Below are positions 1 through 12,300 of a stretch of DNA of 64,000 bases, piece after piece (within the stretch, counting starts at the first letter, position 1; the number at the start of each line of letters is the position of its first letter). The stretch is from positions 64,046,001-64,110,000 of the forward strand of contig NW_025964112.1 of assembly GCF_023055435.1 (NCBI RefSeq), written 5' to 3'. Both the position numbers and the translations under genes were made by a program. The notes below the pieces were generated by a model, which ran no database searches, was not told the origin of the DNA, and saw nothing but the letters and a program-made list of their open reading frames with translations. The stretch is from Haliotis rufescens (taxonomy: Eukaryota).

Positions 1-255
1 GCAAGTCGCTGTGCAGAGTTGCTTCCCTTGGGTACGCCAGAAACCTATGATTGTGTGTTCGAATCCCGGTTCGCCCCGATTATGTTCCTAGGTTTGTAGC
101 ACCATACCCGTGCTCGTGGGTTTCACCTAAGGGGTAAACGTCTGAGACCTGCATCACTTCGGGCTTTCCTCCTACATCAAGCTGACACAACACGATTTAA
201 CTGGAATAATGTTAAAAGCTGCGTTAAAACCAACTCACTCACTCACTCAATCACT
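1..255 (+). mobile_element. SINE family A (long tRNA-derived head), cut by the window start
   Basis: Aligns to the copies at 2703 and 63356; B box GTTCGAATCCC; (ACTC)n tail. Confidence 0.85.
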
Positions 256-1097
256 CAGCACCATGTCCGTGCGGGAGGTTTTCACTAAACTGGTAAACGT
301 CTTACACCTGTATTACTCCCTCACTCACGACTGCGGTAGTTACCTTCCCGCCGTTTGTTAAATATCTCCCGCAATCCTAGTCAGAGTGATGACGCTTTGA
401 CCGACATGTGGCCGAGAAGATAAATATATAACCGCTATCTATATAGATTGTCGTGTAGTTAATACCATTCATTCAAAAACAAACAGCCACACATACCACA
501 CATACGTCACACACATAATGTACATACAGACACATGTACACATCATACACCTGTTCACATACACCAACACACAGAGACCCCAGGCGACTGTCTGCTGATA
601 GGGTGAGCTGTCCAAATTACATGACAAGTACAAGGCCTCGCTCGCTTAAAGGTCACAGATCAGGGATATGTCATGACTTTGTTTGACACATCTACATGTT
701 CTGTCCCCATCTACGCACAGTATATACGTGGTGACATTCAACAACGCTTCCATACAGTAGATAAGCGTCATGTGCAACACATCTGAGGACACACACGCTG
801 GATAAGAGGTAATATAGACCGCTATTTGTAGAGGTATTGTCATGTCTGTTGCAGCGCTAGTTTCCGGGAGTTGAAAGGCGGGAGTACATCTCGACGGCTT
901 CATCGTGAACGAGGCTGTTTTGTGTCACGTCGCCTGCCGGGAGCCGAGCCGGGGGGCAGACGGTCATGTTTCAGTAAACCACGTTGACATTTTGTGACGA
1001 CTATCTACACAAACAAAAGTAAATGTTAATTGAAAGAGTTTAATCTTTTCAGGGTTGAAAAAAGGTACACCATCACCTCCAAGAGCCAGCTCTCAAG

Positions 1098-4000
1098 ATG
1101 GCGGCCATGATACCTACATCCATGGCAATACTCTTGGTGTCGTCTGCTTCGGCCCTAACGGAGATAGTGCAGACCAAATATGGACGCTATAATGGTTTTA
1201 TAGAAGAAATGGAGGACGGAAATATAACTAAGTTTCTAGGAATACCTTATGCCAAACCTCCTACCGGGGGCAGACGATTCAGGGCCCCCGAGGCTCTCGC
1301 TGAACAGGAAAACATCACTGTCGAAGCTGTTCAGTTCAAACCGGCGTGTCCGCAAAATGAAGCCATATTCAGGAATATTTACGCCCCTCATTTGGAGAAT
1401 AAAACCATGAGTGAGGATTGTCTGTACCTGAACGTATATGTTCCAGGCACTGTGGACCGGACGAGGCAAGAACTACTGGCTGTGATGGTCTGGATTCATA
1501 GCGGAGCGTTTCAGTTCGGAGCTGGATCTCTTCACGACGGTTCTCGACTTGCACTAACTGGGGATGTGATCGTCGTCACCATTAACTACAGACTCGGGTT
1601 ACTTGGTTTCCTAGGAACTGAGGATATAGTTGCTAGGGGCAACTGGGGATTGATGGATCAGACGAAAGCTTTAGAGTGGGTGCAGGTAAACATAGAACAT
1701 TTCGGCGGCAACCCAGGCAATGTGACCCTGTTTGGCGAATCCTCCGGCGCGTACAGTGTAGGACTTCACATTCTTAGTCCGCTCTCCCATGGTCTCTTCA
1801 ATCGTGCCATATCGCAGAGCGGTTCTGCCATTATGAACGGTTTGAACAGACGGCCTCGAGAACGAGTCGTCAAAGTCGCCCAGTACCTCAATTGTTCCAA
1901 TGGGAACTACCCCCAGTCAACCCTCAGTCTGGTCACGTGTCTCCGGCACGCAGACGTGAACGTCCTCGTCAAAGCAGACGGAAGCATCGCGTCATCAATA
2001 GCACCCTTTACCCCAACAATCGACGGACATTTTCTTCCAAAAGAGCCATTGGATCTGATGAAACAGGGAACATTTGCCGCTGTGGATTACATCATTGGCA
2101 TGAATAGTGACGAAGGCTCGGCGACGCTCGAGACCATGCCTTCTGTGCTGGATGGTGAGGGGATGAACAGGGCCATGTTTGAAACATTCCTGTCTCGGAC
2201 TTTTATAGCCAGATACCCATCCCCTCTTCCAGCACGTGTCACGGATGTCGTCTGGTCGACACTTCTGTCACACTACCTTCCAGCAGACGACACAGTGGCA
2301 GCGTACAGACGACGCTACTTGGATGCTTGTAGGGACGTGTTCGCCGCTCAAACCCTTCAGTATGCAAATTACCACTCCACCAAAGCCGACTGCTTCGTGT
2401 ACTACTTCACCCACCGACCGTCTCGCTCTCAGTACCCAGACTACATCCGGGCTGCGCACTCAGACGACCTTCAGTTTGTGTTTGGCGACATCCAGAATCT
2501 GGGCACACGTGAAGAAACAGAACTTAGTGCTGATTGGATGGATGCTTGGGCGTCGTTTGCGAAATATGGGTATGTACACTACAGAAATAGTAGGTCTCGT
2601 CATGTAATGTAATGTAGATGATCGTAGATGAAGTTTGATGTGAAGTTGCCGGACACATATTTTAGAATTATCATTTAAATGTTGATGATTTAGTCTTACA
2701 ACCGGGGGCACGGGTGGCCCAGTCGTCTAAGGCGCCGTGATTTACTGTACAGAGTTGCGTCCCTTGGGCACGCCAGAAACCTATGATTGTGGGTTCGAAT
2801 CCCGATTCGCCCCGGTCATGTTTGTAGATTTTTCAGGACCATACCCGTGCTCGTGGGTTTCACCGAAGTGGTAAACGTCTGAGACCTGCATCACTTCGGG
2901 CTTTTCTCTCACATTAAGCTGACACGCCGTGATATAACTGGAATAATGATAAAAGCGGCGTTTAACCGAACTCACTCACTAGTCTTACAACTATGATCAG
3001 GGCAAACCACTGACGGTTTCATTGCCGCATTAGGAGTAGGGTGTGGGGTGTGGGCTATTGGGTCATGTGGACCATATGTCACATCAGATGATTGAGTTCG
3101 ATCATCATGAACAAATTCACCACATATATATCTCTACGCTCGTATCAATGATCTAGCCATGAACTAGCACACCTTGCGCTACAGTAATAAGACATCTAGC
3201 AATTTTAGTGGACGAATTTCTCTGGTAAAACCCGAGGATTAATTTATATTTTCCAGCATCGACGAAAACGGATTATTTTTCACATAAATCCCAAAATATT
3301 TGATTCTCCTCGTTTCTGTTGCGTGTTCTTCTTTCTGTATATCGATTGAACAGCATTGACGAATAGATTTCGAAGATATTTATTGCTTAAATTTCAATGT
3401 GGTCATACAGAATAAATTCTGACCGATATAACCGCCAGTAACATTTATAAAACGATGATGCAACTTGATATGGTTTATGCCATTTTATTTGTAGAAATCC
3501 CAACTTCAATTCGAGTCAGCTTGAGTGGCAGCACTACAGTGAGTCGACGAGATCGTATTTGGAAATAACTGTAAATATGTCGGAGTCAAATTCGAAAACG
3601 AGGCTTTTAGAAGGCGGAATCATGCTATGGAATGATGTTCTTCCGGGAATAGCAACCATGGCCACAGGTCAAAGGCCACAGGTGTCAATGGCGGCTGCGG
3701 GCCAGGGAATGATCGCTCTTCGACAGAATATGATGTCAAAAGGTAAAAAATACAATTATTAATAAATAATGGATCCCTATTAGATCTATCGATGCAATTG
3801 TGTAAATACTGCACATATACATGTGCATACACTACACAAGTGTACAGCATACGTCAGTGCACTCACGGATGGTCAGAATTTGTCACTGTCGAATGACCCG
3901 TGAGGATGCGGGTGAGAATAGGTCTTCAGCAACCCATGTTGTCGTTAAAGGTGACTATGCTTGTCGTAAGAGGCGACTAACGGGATCGGGTGGTCAGGCT

Positions 4001-5198
4001 CGCTGGCTTGTGGTAAGAAGCGACTAAAACCAGACTCGGTCATTTGTCTAAGTAATCTTCGGACGCCGACAACGTCAGACGTTATTCGTATTTTCAGAAA
4101 CTGGTTTGTCCGGCCCAGACTCGATTATTTACCACCGTCATATAGCTGTGATATTGCTGACTGTGCACAACACAAACAAACAAATAAACAAGCAGAATAA
4201 ACGAGTTTTCGTGTTGCAGCTAGTGACAAGGACTGGGGGATGAGCGCCAAGCAGGTATGTATAACTACACACAGCCACTGTAGCGAAGGGGCAGGTAGCT
4301 CAGAGGTAAAAGCTATAAACTGAAGCGCCACGCTAAAGATAATATGAACCGCCTAGCCAAAGATCCACAATAGACGAACACGTGTGTAATAAACTCTTGC
4401 CTGAACATGTCACTTAAAAAATGAGGACAACCCGATTCTTTCATATTACTATGAATAAAAAATGTCTCATTTTTCTCATCATATTATTATTCGAAAACTT
4501 AATTTTGAAAGACTTTTCAAAATGATTTTCTAAACTATAGACAAATTTGAAGTGTAAGTATTGTATTAGTAATTTACTTACTATTCGTAGGGTGCAAACA
4601 GTGTAAAAATACAATCCTTTCAGTTTTATTTTGAGGTGATGATTAGCAACACATTCGTTTCTTTTTGGTCTTATGTAAAGTTGTATACATAAATGGCATG
4701 TTTCACTACGGGAAATTATTTTTTTGTAACTGGACATCGGGGCGGTGGTGTAACCTAGTGGATAAAACGTTCGCTCGGCACGCCAAATGCCCGGGTTCGA
4801 TTCCCCACATGGGTACAATGTCTGAAGCCCATTTTCCGGTGTCCCCCGCCGTGATATTGCTGGAATACTGCTCAAAGCGACGTAAAACCATTCTCACACA
4901 CTCACTCACGCGCTGTAAGTGAACATCACGGTTATTGTGGCGCCATGTTTGTTGTTGTTGTTTACAGGCCGAGGAAGTCATGCTGAGTCTGATTCTAGTT
5001 GTCACGTTCCTCGTAGTCATCTGCGCAGCTCTCGTGCGCATGGTCTGCTACATTGACAGGAAGCGAGTCCCGCCACCAAGAGGGTCGAGTTTTGTGAACG
5101 AAGCTTATGACTTGAACTTAATAAACAAATGTTCAAATGGGGAAACAGCCAGAACTAGATGTCCTCACAAAAGCATGGAGAGTGCAACAAAGTTATGA
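1098..5198 (+). CDS. Type-B carboxylesterase/cholinesterase-fold type-I membrane protein (neuroligin-like architecture), 661 aa; exons 1098-2569, 3495-3742, 4220-4254, 4968-5198
   Basis: Signal peptide; family motifs FLGIPYAKPP, SEDCLYLNVY, INYRLG, GNWGLMDQ, GESSG (Ser), NSDEG (Glu), AAHSDDL (His). All introns are GT-AG and phases (2,1,0) join to 1986 nt with FAKYG|NPN continuity. The last exon encodes a TM helix and a cytoplasmic tail. Upstream acceptor ends at 1052; AATAAA near 5984. Confidence 0.92.
2703..2979 (+). mobile_element. SINE family A, full length
   Basis: A box TGGCCCAGTCGTCTAAG, B box GGTTCGAATCCC, (ACTC)n tail, 12-bp TSD TAGTCTTACAAC. Confidence 0.92.
3895..4190 (+). mobile_element. 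SINE-like family C (no tRNA head), rearranged copy
   Basis: Starts GACCCGTGAGGATG; ends in an (AAAC)n tail. Confidence 0.75.
4739..4909 (+). mobile_element. SINE family B (short tRNA-derived, about 170 bp)
   Basis: tRNA-like head with GGTTCGATTCCC; shared 3' end GCTGGAATA..GC.GCGTAAAAC(ACTC)n. Confidence 0.85.
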
Positions 5199-5664
5199 TT
5201 GACACGTGACGTCATAATTTTTCCAAAGTAACTTATCATCTCATCCATGTTGGAACTCGTTTCATTTACATGACTGTCACATCACACACCTCAGCTGTCG
5301 TGTCGCGGAAGAAAAGGATGAAAGTGTTTTTGTTTTTTGTCTGCAAATGAAAGTGTAAAAATACCTTGAACGATCAAAAAGGCATGTCTTTCTTTCACGA
5401 AAGAAACGCGGCAGAAGCTCACGGTGAACAGTCTACAGTTTCACTATATGCATCACTACTCCACAACTTCCGGAGGAGATGAAATGAGCTGGGTTGACCG
5501 GAGTGCATGCCAAGAGTGACGGACGTTTACTATTGTTTGCGGCAGCCAATGAAAAGCAATACAGCAACATACAATGACATCATAAACAGCGTGTAGTGGC
5601 CGGGCTATTGTAACTATTGATCCATTACGCTCGTCCTTCGTCTTTTGATTTTATTTTTGTATTT

Positions 5665-5880
5665 ATGATTTCGGTCATTTGGCTCTATTTATTCATGATT
5701 TAAGCCATTTTGCTGTATTTGTTTTTAATGATTTCAGTCATTTTGCTTTGTTTATTCATGATTTCAGTCCACTATTCACGATTTCAGTCCATTATTCATG
5801 ATTTCAGTCCATTATTCATGGTTTCAGTCCATTATACACGATTTCAGTAATATGGCTTGTAATTTGTGTATTTATGATTT
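5665..5880. repeat. 20-bp minisatellite CATGATTTCAGTCCATTATT
   Basis: Tandem copies visible. Confidence 0.8.
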
Positions 5881-6385
5881 CATTGTTCTTTGGGTCTTGC
5901 ACCATAGCCTCGCTGTCCTGTATCAAATTTGTTATGATGGATTCGTAATCGAGGTATATTTATTAATTGCTCTGATGTTTGTGAATAAAGCGATTGCTGC
6001 AAGAGGCAATCTTGACCAGTAGTACATTCCTGTCTGGAGCATGTGTCCTGGTAGAATCGTCTCGTGGTGCATGGATGTGTGGATTAGGACACCCGGTGTC
6101 TGGCCGTCCTGGTGGTACCTAGTGTTTCATCTCGGTCACTCAATGTTGAATCTCTACCGTAGAAGCTGTTCCCAAAACAGGAGATATTGAGGCGGTATTA
6201 AGAGACCGGATAGTTGTGTTGTTTCTCCCGGATAGTTGTGTTGTTTCTCCTTTCGGTGTTAAGTGTGTTCCCCAACTCGCTGATTGTCATTTACACGTTT
6301 GTCTAAATACCGTAACACCCAACAGTCATATTGAAAAAAAGAATATTGATTTTATTCATAAAGTGAGTGCCGATATCTTCCTGCG

Positions 6386-9300
6386 TCACATGAAATGTAT
6401 CACGTCGCGCAGTGTCGACGTCGCTGATTGGATGGTAAAGAGTATGACCGAAAAGTGTTGTTTGACGTTCTCCCATTGGTTGGTGTCGGAGTCCTTGATA
6501 TCGATAAGGAGGTCAATCAGCCCTGGGAACGAGGCTCCAGAATAGCTGTCCTTGCTGCTCGGCGCGAAAAGGATGTGCCTGTGTACATGAAGCAGGGTGA
6601 GTGAGTGAAAGACCAGAGAAAGATCCAGCAATACTTCACCGGAATCATCTTCACAACGTCAAACATTGGATGACATGGCGTTCGAAGCGACAAACGGGAT
6701 CGGGTGGCTTGGTTGATGCATGTCATCGATCCCAATTGCGTGGATTGATGCTCATGATATCAATGACTGGATTGCCAAGGCTACCCACCTGTAGTTACTC
6801 CGGCCAGGCAGTCCGGGTCTAGGAATGCCCTCTCCAGCTGTAGGAGTTGGCTGACTTGGTTGATGCATGTCATCGATCAAAATTGCGTGGATTGATGCTC
6901 ATGATATCAATCACTGGATTGTCTGGCCAAGACTCGATTATTTACAGAACGCCGTCATATAGCTGTCATATTGCTGAGTGCGGCGTTAAACAACCAACCA
7001 ACCAACCAACCAACCAACCAACATGGTATTCTACAGATGCCTCCTTTGTTTTTTTCCGAACAATTTCTCGGGGTTGCAGTTATATACATATCCTGCTGAG
7101 TTGGCTAGTTCATACGTAAATATATTTTTTACCGATAGGTCTAATTATTCCTGTCTCAGTGTACCCCTAATTTTCCAGGAACGACAATGTGGGGGACTGA
7201 ATAAAAAGTTGAAATGGAATTTTAAAACAGTTAGAGAATACAAGTAAATTACGAACTACGGGGAAATACGGATTATCTGGAGTGAATGAATTAAGTAAGT
7301 TGTGAGCCAAGACTACCCACCTGTAGTTACTCCGGCCAGGCAGTCCGTGGGGGTCGAGGAACGCTCTCTCCAGCTGGAGGAGTTGGTCATTCAGCTTGCG
7401 GACGACGAGGGGGCTGAAGATACGGATGTGGAGATTTGTTACAGTTACGATTGCCGTTACATACATTTTAAACATACTTACGTCTGTCGTAACACCCACT
7501 TTAAACACACTTAGGACTGTCGTTTCATTTACTTTGAACACACTTACGACTGTCGTAACATTCCCTGTGAACACACTTACGACTGTCGTAACGTTCTCTG
7601 TGAACACACTTACGACTGTCGTAACATTCCCTGTGAACACACTTACGACTGTCACATTCACTTTGAATACAGGCCTACGGCTGCCTTAACGTAGATTTTG
7701 AACACTGTTATGACTAGCGTATCACACACTTTGAACACAGATTGATATACAAATTTACGACTGTCGTAACATGCCATTTGAACACAGTATTAAGACTGGA
7801 AATCTGTGTATGGTTGTCGTAACTACCACTATAAAGTATGAATAGACTACCGATATTCGTAACTCACACTTTTAACTTACACCTGTCGTATTTCCCACTT
7901 TAGCATAGACTTGCGACTGTCGTAGCTTTTTCGAGCACAAAAGTATGACTTTCGTAACACCCACCTTGAACACATACTTACGAAGAGTCCGTGATAAAAA
8001 AATATAAAAATATAATAATATGAGTAGCAGGATCAGTAGCCTAAAGGGACGTCATGCATTGAATGTCATGTAGATTGTAGTAGCCGTACATTTTACGCCC
8101 TTGATTGTTCTTAACTTACTTGGACGTCTTCGTGTTGGCCACGTCCGCCATGAAACTGGCCGCTGCCTCTGTGAACTCGTCTACAACCTGGGTCAGATTG
8201 GCCTCTGGAGAGAGAAGAGTGAGTAAGTATGGTTTACGCCGCTTTAAGCAATATTCCAGCAATATCACGGCGGGGGACACCAAAAGGGAGATTCACACAT
8301 TGTACCCATGTGGGGAATCGAATCCGGGCCTTCGGCTACCCACCGCTCCCAGAGAAGAAATGGGAGTTCATCTACGAATCGGCAGAAGGACACGTTTGAG
8401 GTAAAACATGGTGGAGGTGAAACGTGGTAGAGATGAGAAAACAGTAGGGGTTACAAATAGTAGAGTTTTTTTATGTGGCAGTGTAAATCTCCAAGGCTAG
8501 CATATGATAAATCTACACCAACCCTGGATTCCCCCCCCCCCCCCCCCCCCCCCCGTGTTTCTCGCAAAAGAGGAAGGCATGTTTTGTGGTGGCATAGTCT
8601 GTAGTGATGGGAAGTAGTCAGTGGCAGAAAATGATTGAAGCTATGGTAAAATGTCGAGGGCAGTCGGAAGCAGGAAGTGACTAGAGTTGCCTCACCTGGA
8701 GAAGTCTCGGGATGGGACAGGCTGGCTGTACCTAAATCTTAGCGACACGATGGAAATTCGGAGGCTATTACGACCTGCCGTGCGTCTTATTTATTCAAAA
8801 TTCAGAAACTGCTGCCACGTATGTGTCCAAAAGTAATGCCCTTTTTTATTGTAAATCTAAAGCATTTGCGTTTAAATATAATTTATTGTTTATTCATTGA
8901 TCTGTTTTATTGATTTCACATTTTAGTTCTGTACGAACAGATATCTGCGTTAAACTTTGTATTTCAATTTTGAAATCACCTCGTATCAGGGTGAAACACC
9001 GAAGAGGTGAAAATAAGTTGAGGAACAATGCGGTAGACTTGAAACGTGGTACAGGTGAATAACGGTGGGTTGAAATACGATAGAGGTGAAAAACGGTGGA
9101 GCTGAAACATGGAAGAGGTGAAATATTGTACAGGTGACGCATTGTCGAGGTCAAGTGTTGTCGAGGTGAAGCACCATATACGGGAAATACAGTGAAGTGA
9201 AACGCCATATATGGGAAACAAGGTGAAGGTGAAATATTGTAGAGGTGAAACATCTTACCATATCCAGGCAAGTGTCTGTCCAGGATGTCACCTTTATCCG

Positions 9301-12300
9301 CTACGAGCTGCGCCTGGAGTCGGGTCAGGGTCTCGGCGTAGTCAGAAAGGTTGAAGGGCAAGATGACGGACTCGGTGAGCTCCAGCGCCAGGGCCAACCA
9401 CAGCTGACCGAGTGCTCGATGGTACTGTAGAGATACACGCGAGCAGTGTGATAGTTACTCGCGTTGTATACTACAATAAGGTATCATCATATCAAGTCAA
9501 GTCCAAGTTCCACCATGTGGGCCTTTCGTTTTTTAGAAAATGATTTTGTACTTCCGATTCTGATGCTTTGAACGAATATCTAACAAATAGAGATGACTAT
9601 GCCAGGGTCTCGCCCGTGCCATTAACTTTGTAAAATGCATTTACAACCACCAGTTGTGCCTGGTAGTTCTAAGGACATTTGATTTAATAACTTGGTTTTC
9701 GTATACTTTCTTAAAAAATTCAGAGTATGTGGTCAAAATAAAAAATAAGATAACAATTCAAAAATATAAACTATGCTTTTTGCAATAAGTGACTGTTTCT
9801 GGACACGTAGGGGTAAAAAACAATAAAAGGGATGTATTCACAATACATAAGATAATAGACCCATTTGTCACTCTGCCTTTGAAAACACAAAGATTGTTTG
9901 CTCTCAGGACATTTATTACAGCCAAATACAGCACAACTTCATTTAAACATGTATATCATGTCCAGATAAACGGGTCAGATCGTATAAACTCCGTGCAGCC
10001 TTCCAATGTTCACGCATGTTGTATTTAAAGTGAATAGCGATGTTTTGAGTTCATGATTATTGTGTTGCTTGCGGAAAGCGATGTGGATCTAAATCAAGAT
10101 TTAGATAATCTATAAAAACAATCTGGTTTTATTTCATGTTGGGCAGATACTTTGATGTTTCTCTCGGTGGTAATAAAAAATGTTGCAAGTTATTTCCCCC
10201 CAATTTGCAGAATCTGGGGACGGCGGATATGTACACCAATCTATTAAAAAAATCGCCTAACACTTGGGGGAAATTAACTGGTTTCAATATTCAGAAGTAC
10301 GAGGAGTCTAATACACAGTCTTGTAGTATTTACTTTACCACTGGCGAGTCTCTGCGTAATAAAATTATCATAACAATATCATCCACAGTTTCCTTCTTAC
10401 CGTAAAGTTTCCATCGACGAAATTTTTGACGGCGTAGAATGTTTCGTACTCAGAGTGGTACAAGGGGTAGGAGCCTAAGTCCCACTTGGTCTGAAACAGT
10501 CGACGGTGAAACGGCACAAGTTGTTTGTCATGCCGCCACGAGAAGGGCTGTGGTTTGTTGGGTTCAGAGATGTAGGTATTGAACTGGGTTGAGAGTTGTC
10601 TGACACAGATTCATACCTTATACACAGTTACACACAAATGTCCACATATGTAGCAGTTTGAGTCTTTGGACCAGACCACCAATAACTTGAAGCGACAGAG
10701 TAGACACAATTTGAGGATAACAACGTTTTTAACATAGTCGTGGGTAGTGGTTTTGTTTGTTTGTTTAGTGTTTAACGCTGCACTTTACAATATTCCAGCT
10801 ATATGACGGCGGTCTGTAAATAATCGAGTCTGGACCAGACAATCCCGTGGTTGACACAATGAGCATCGATCCACGCAATTGGGATACGTCGACATGCATC
10901 AACAAAGTCAGCGCGCCTGACCACCCGATCCCGTTAGTCGCCTCTTACGACAAGCATCGTCGCCTTTTACGGCAAGTATGGGTTGCTGAAGACCTATTCC
11001 ACCCCGGGTGTTCACGGGTCCGTGGGTTGTGGTAAAACATGGTAGAGGTGAAACATGGGCAAGTCCGAAACACAACACAATCTGTAGCACATTAAATAAG
11101 TTGTTATCCATATACTATGTCCTCTTTATCACCCTTCAACTTCATTCGTGACCAACTCGTGTCAGCCCGGGTTTGGGGAACGAGTCTTCTTGCAGGCTAC
11201 GGAAAAGGGCAAGTGGTGACGAATGCCGTCAACTTCTAGCAAACAATTCTACTTGAAGCGCTCTTAAAATCTCTTACAGCCTGTAAACTGTCTGTGAAAT
11301 GCCTGTATCTTTAAACAACACGCACAGCACATCAGCATGCTCACCACGTCGTAGATGTAGCCCATGTCGAGGATAGGTACCCCAGCTAGGCCCCTCATGT
11401 TGGCGAAGTCACTCCCCGACCCTAGGTTGCCGTATCTGCAACAGGTAACGAATAGAGGTAGCAATGATGATCAGCTCCACATGAAACTTTGTATGTTTGT
11501 TTGTTGTTTAACCCCGCACTCAGCAATATTCCACCCGGAACAAATATTGCCAGTGTACATGGTTTGGGCAAAACTGAAACGTTTCCATGGGAATAGGACC
11601 AATTTCGCTACGGGAACAGATACTCTTTGACATTTCCATCGCATGCAGTTTAATTTACAGTTTGTTGTTGTTTAACGCCGCACTCAGCAATATCTCAGCA
11701 ATATGATGGCGGTCTTTAAATAATCGGGTGTAGACCGGACACTCCAGTGATTAACATTATGAACATCGATCTTCGCAAATGGGATACAATGACATGTATC
11801 AATCAATTCAGCCAGCCTGACCACCCGATCCCGTTAGTTGCCTCTTATGACAAGCATAGGTTGCTGAAGACCAATTCTAACCCGAATCTTCAAAACATAG
11901 CAGCCCCATCTCCTCAATCATTAATCATATTGTCTTTACCGAATCAGGTGACAGCTGACCTCATTAATATTTTTCAGTGTTCACCTTTCATCCCTGGTGT
12001 GGTCTATGCATCTAACTACCCTGATAACAGGTACTTTTGTTTTACCCCGCTCTTAGCCATATTCCAGCAATATCACGGTAGGGAACACCCGAAATGAGCT
12101 TTACACATCGCACCCATGTGGGGAATCGAACCCTGGTCTTCGGTGCGATGAACGAACGCTTTTATAGCTAGGGTAACACACCACTCCGACAAAACACATG
12201 GCCTATGCAGTAAAGGTTTGAAACAGGAGTCCTATGCCTATAGCTACCTTACTCATTGGCACTACCTTTTCAACAACATCATTTCTAGTTGAGTAGAAAG

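Noticed and set aside
2570-2612. C-terminus of the 504-aa ORF as listed in the ORF track
   Set aside because: Read-through into the intron; homology continues at 3495.
8533-8554. Long poly-C run
   Set aside because: Simple intronic homopolymer with unreliable length.
9603-10354. Possible non-autonomous DNA transposon with 13/16 matching inverted ends
   Set aside because: No target-site duplication or second copy visible, so support is too weak.
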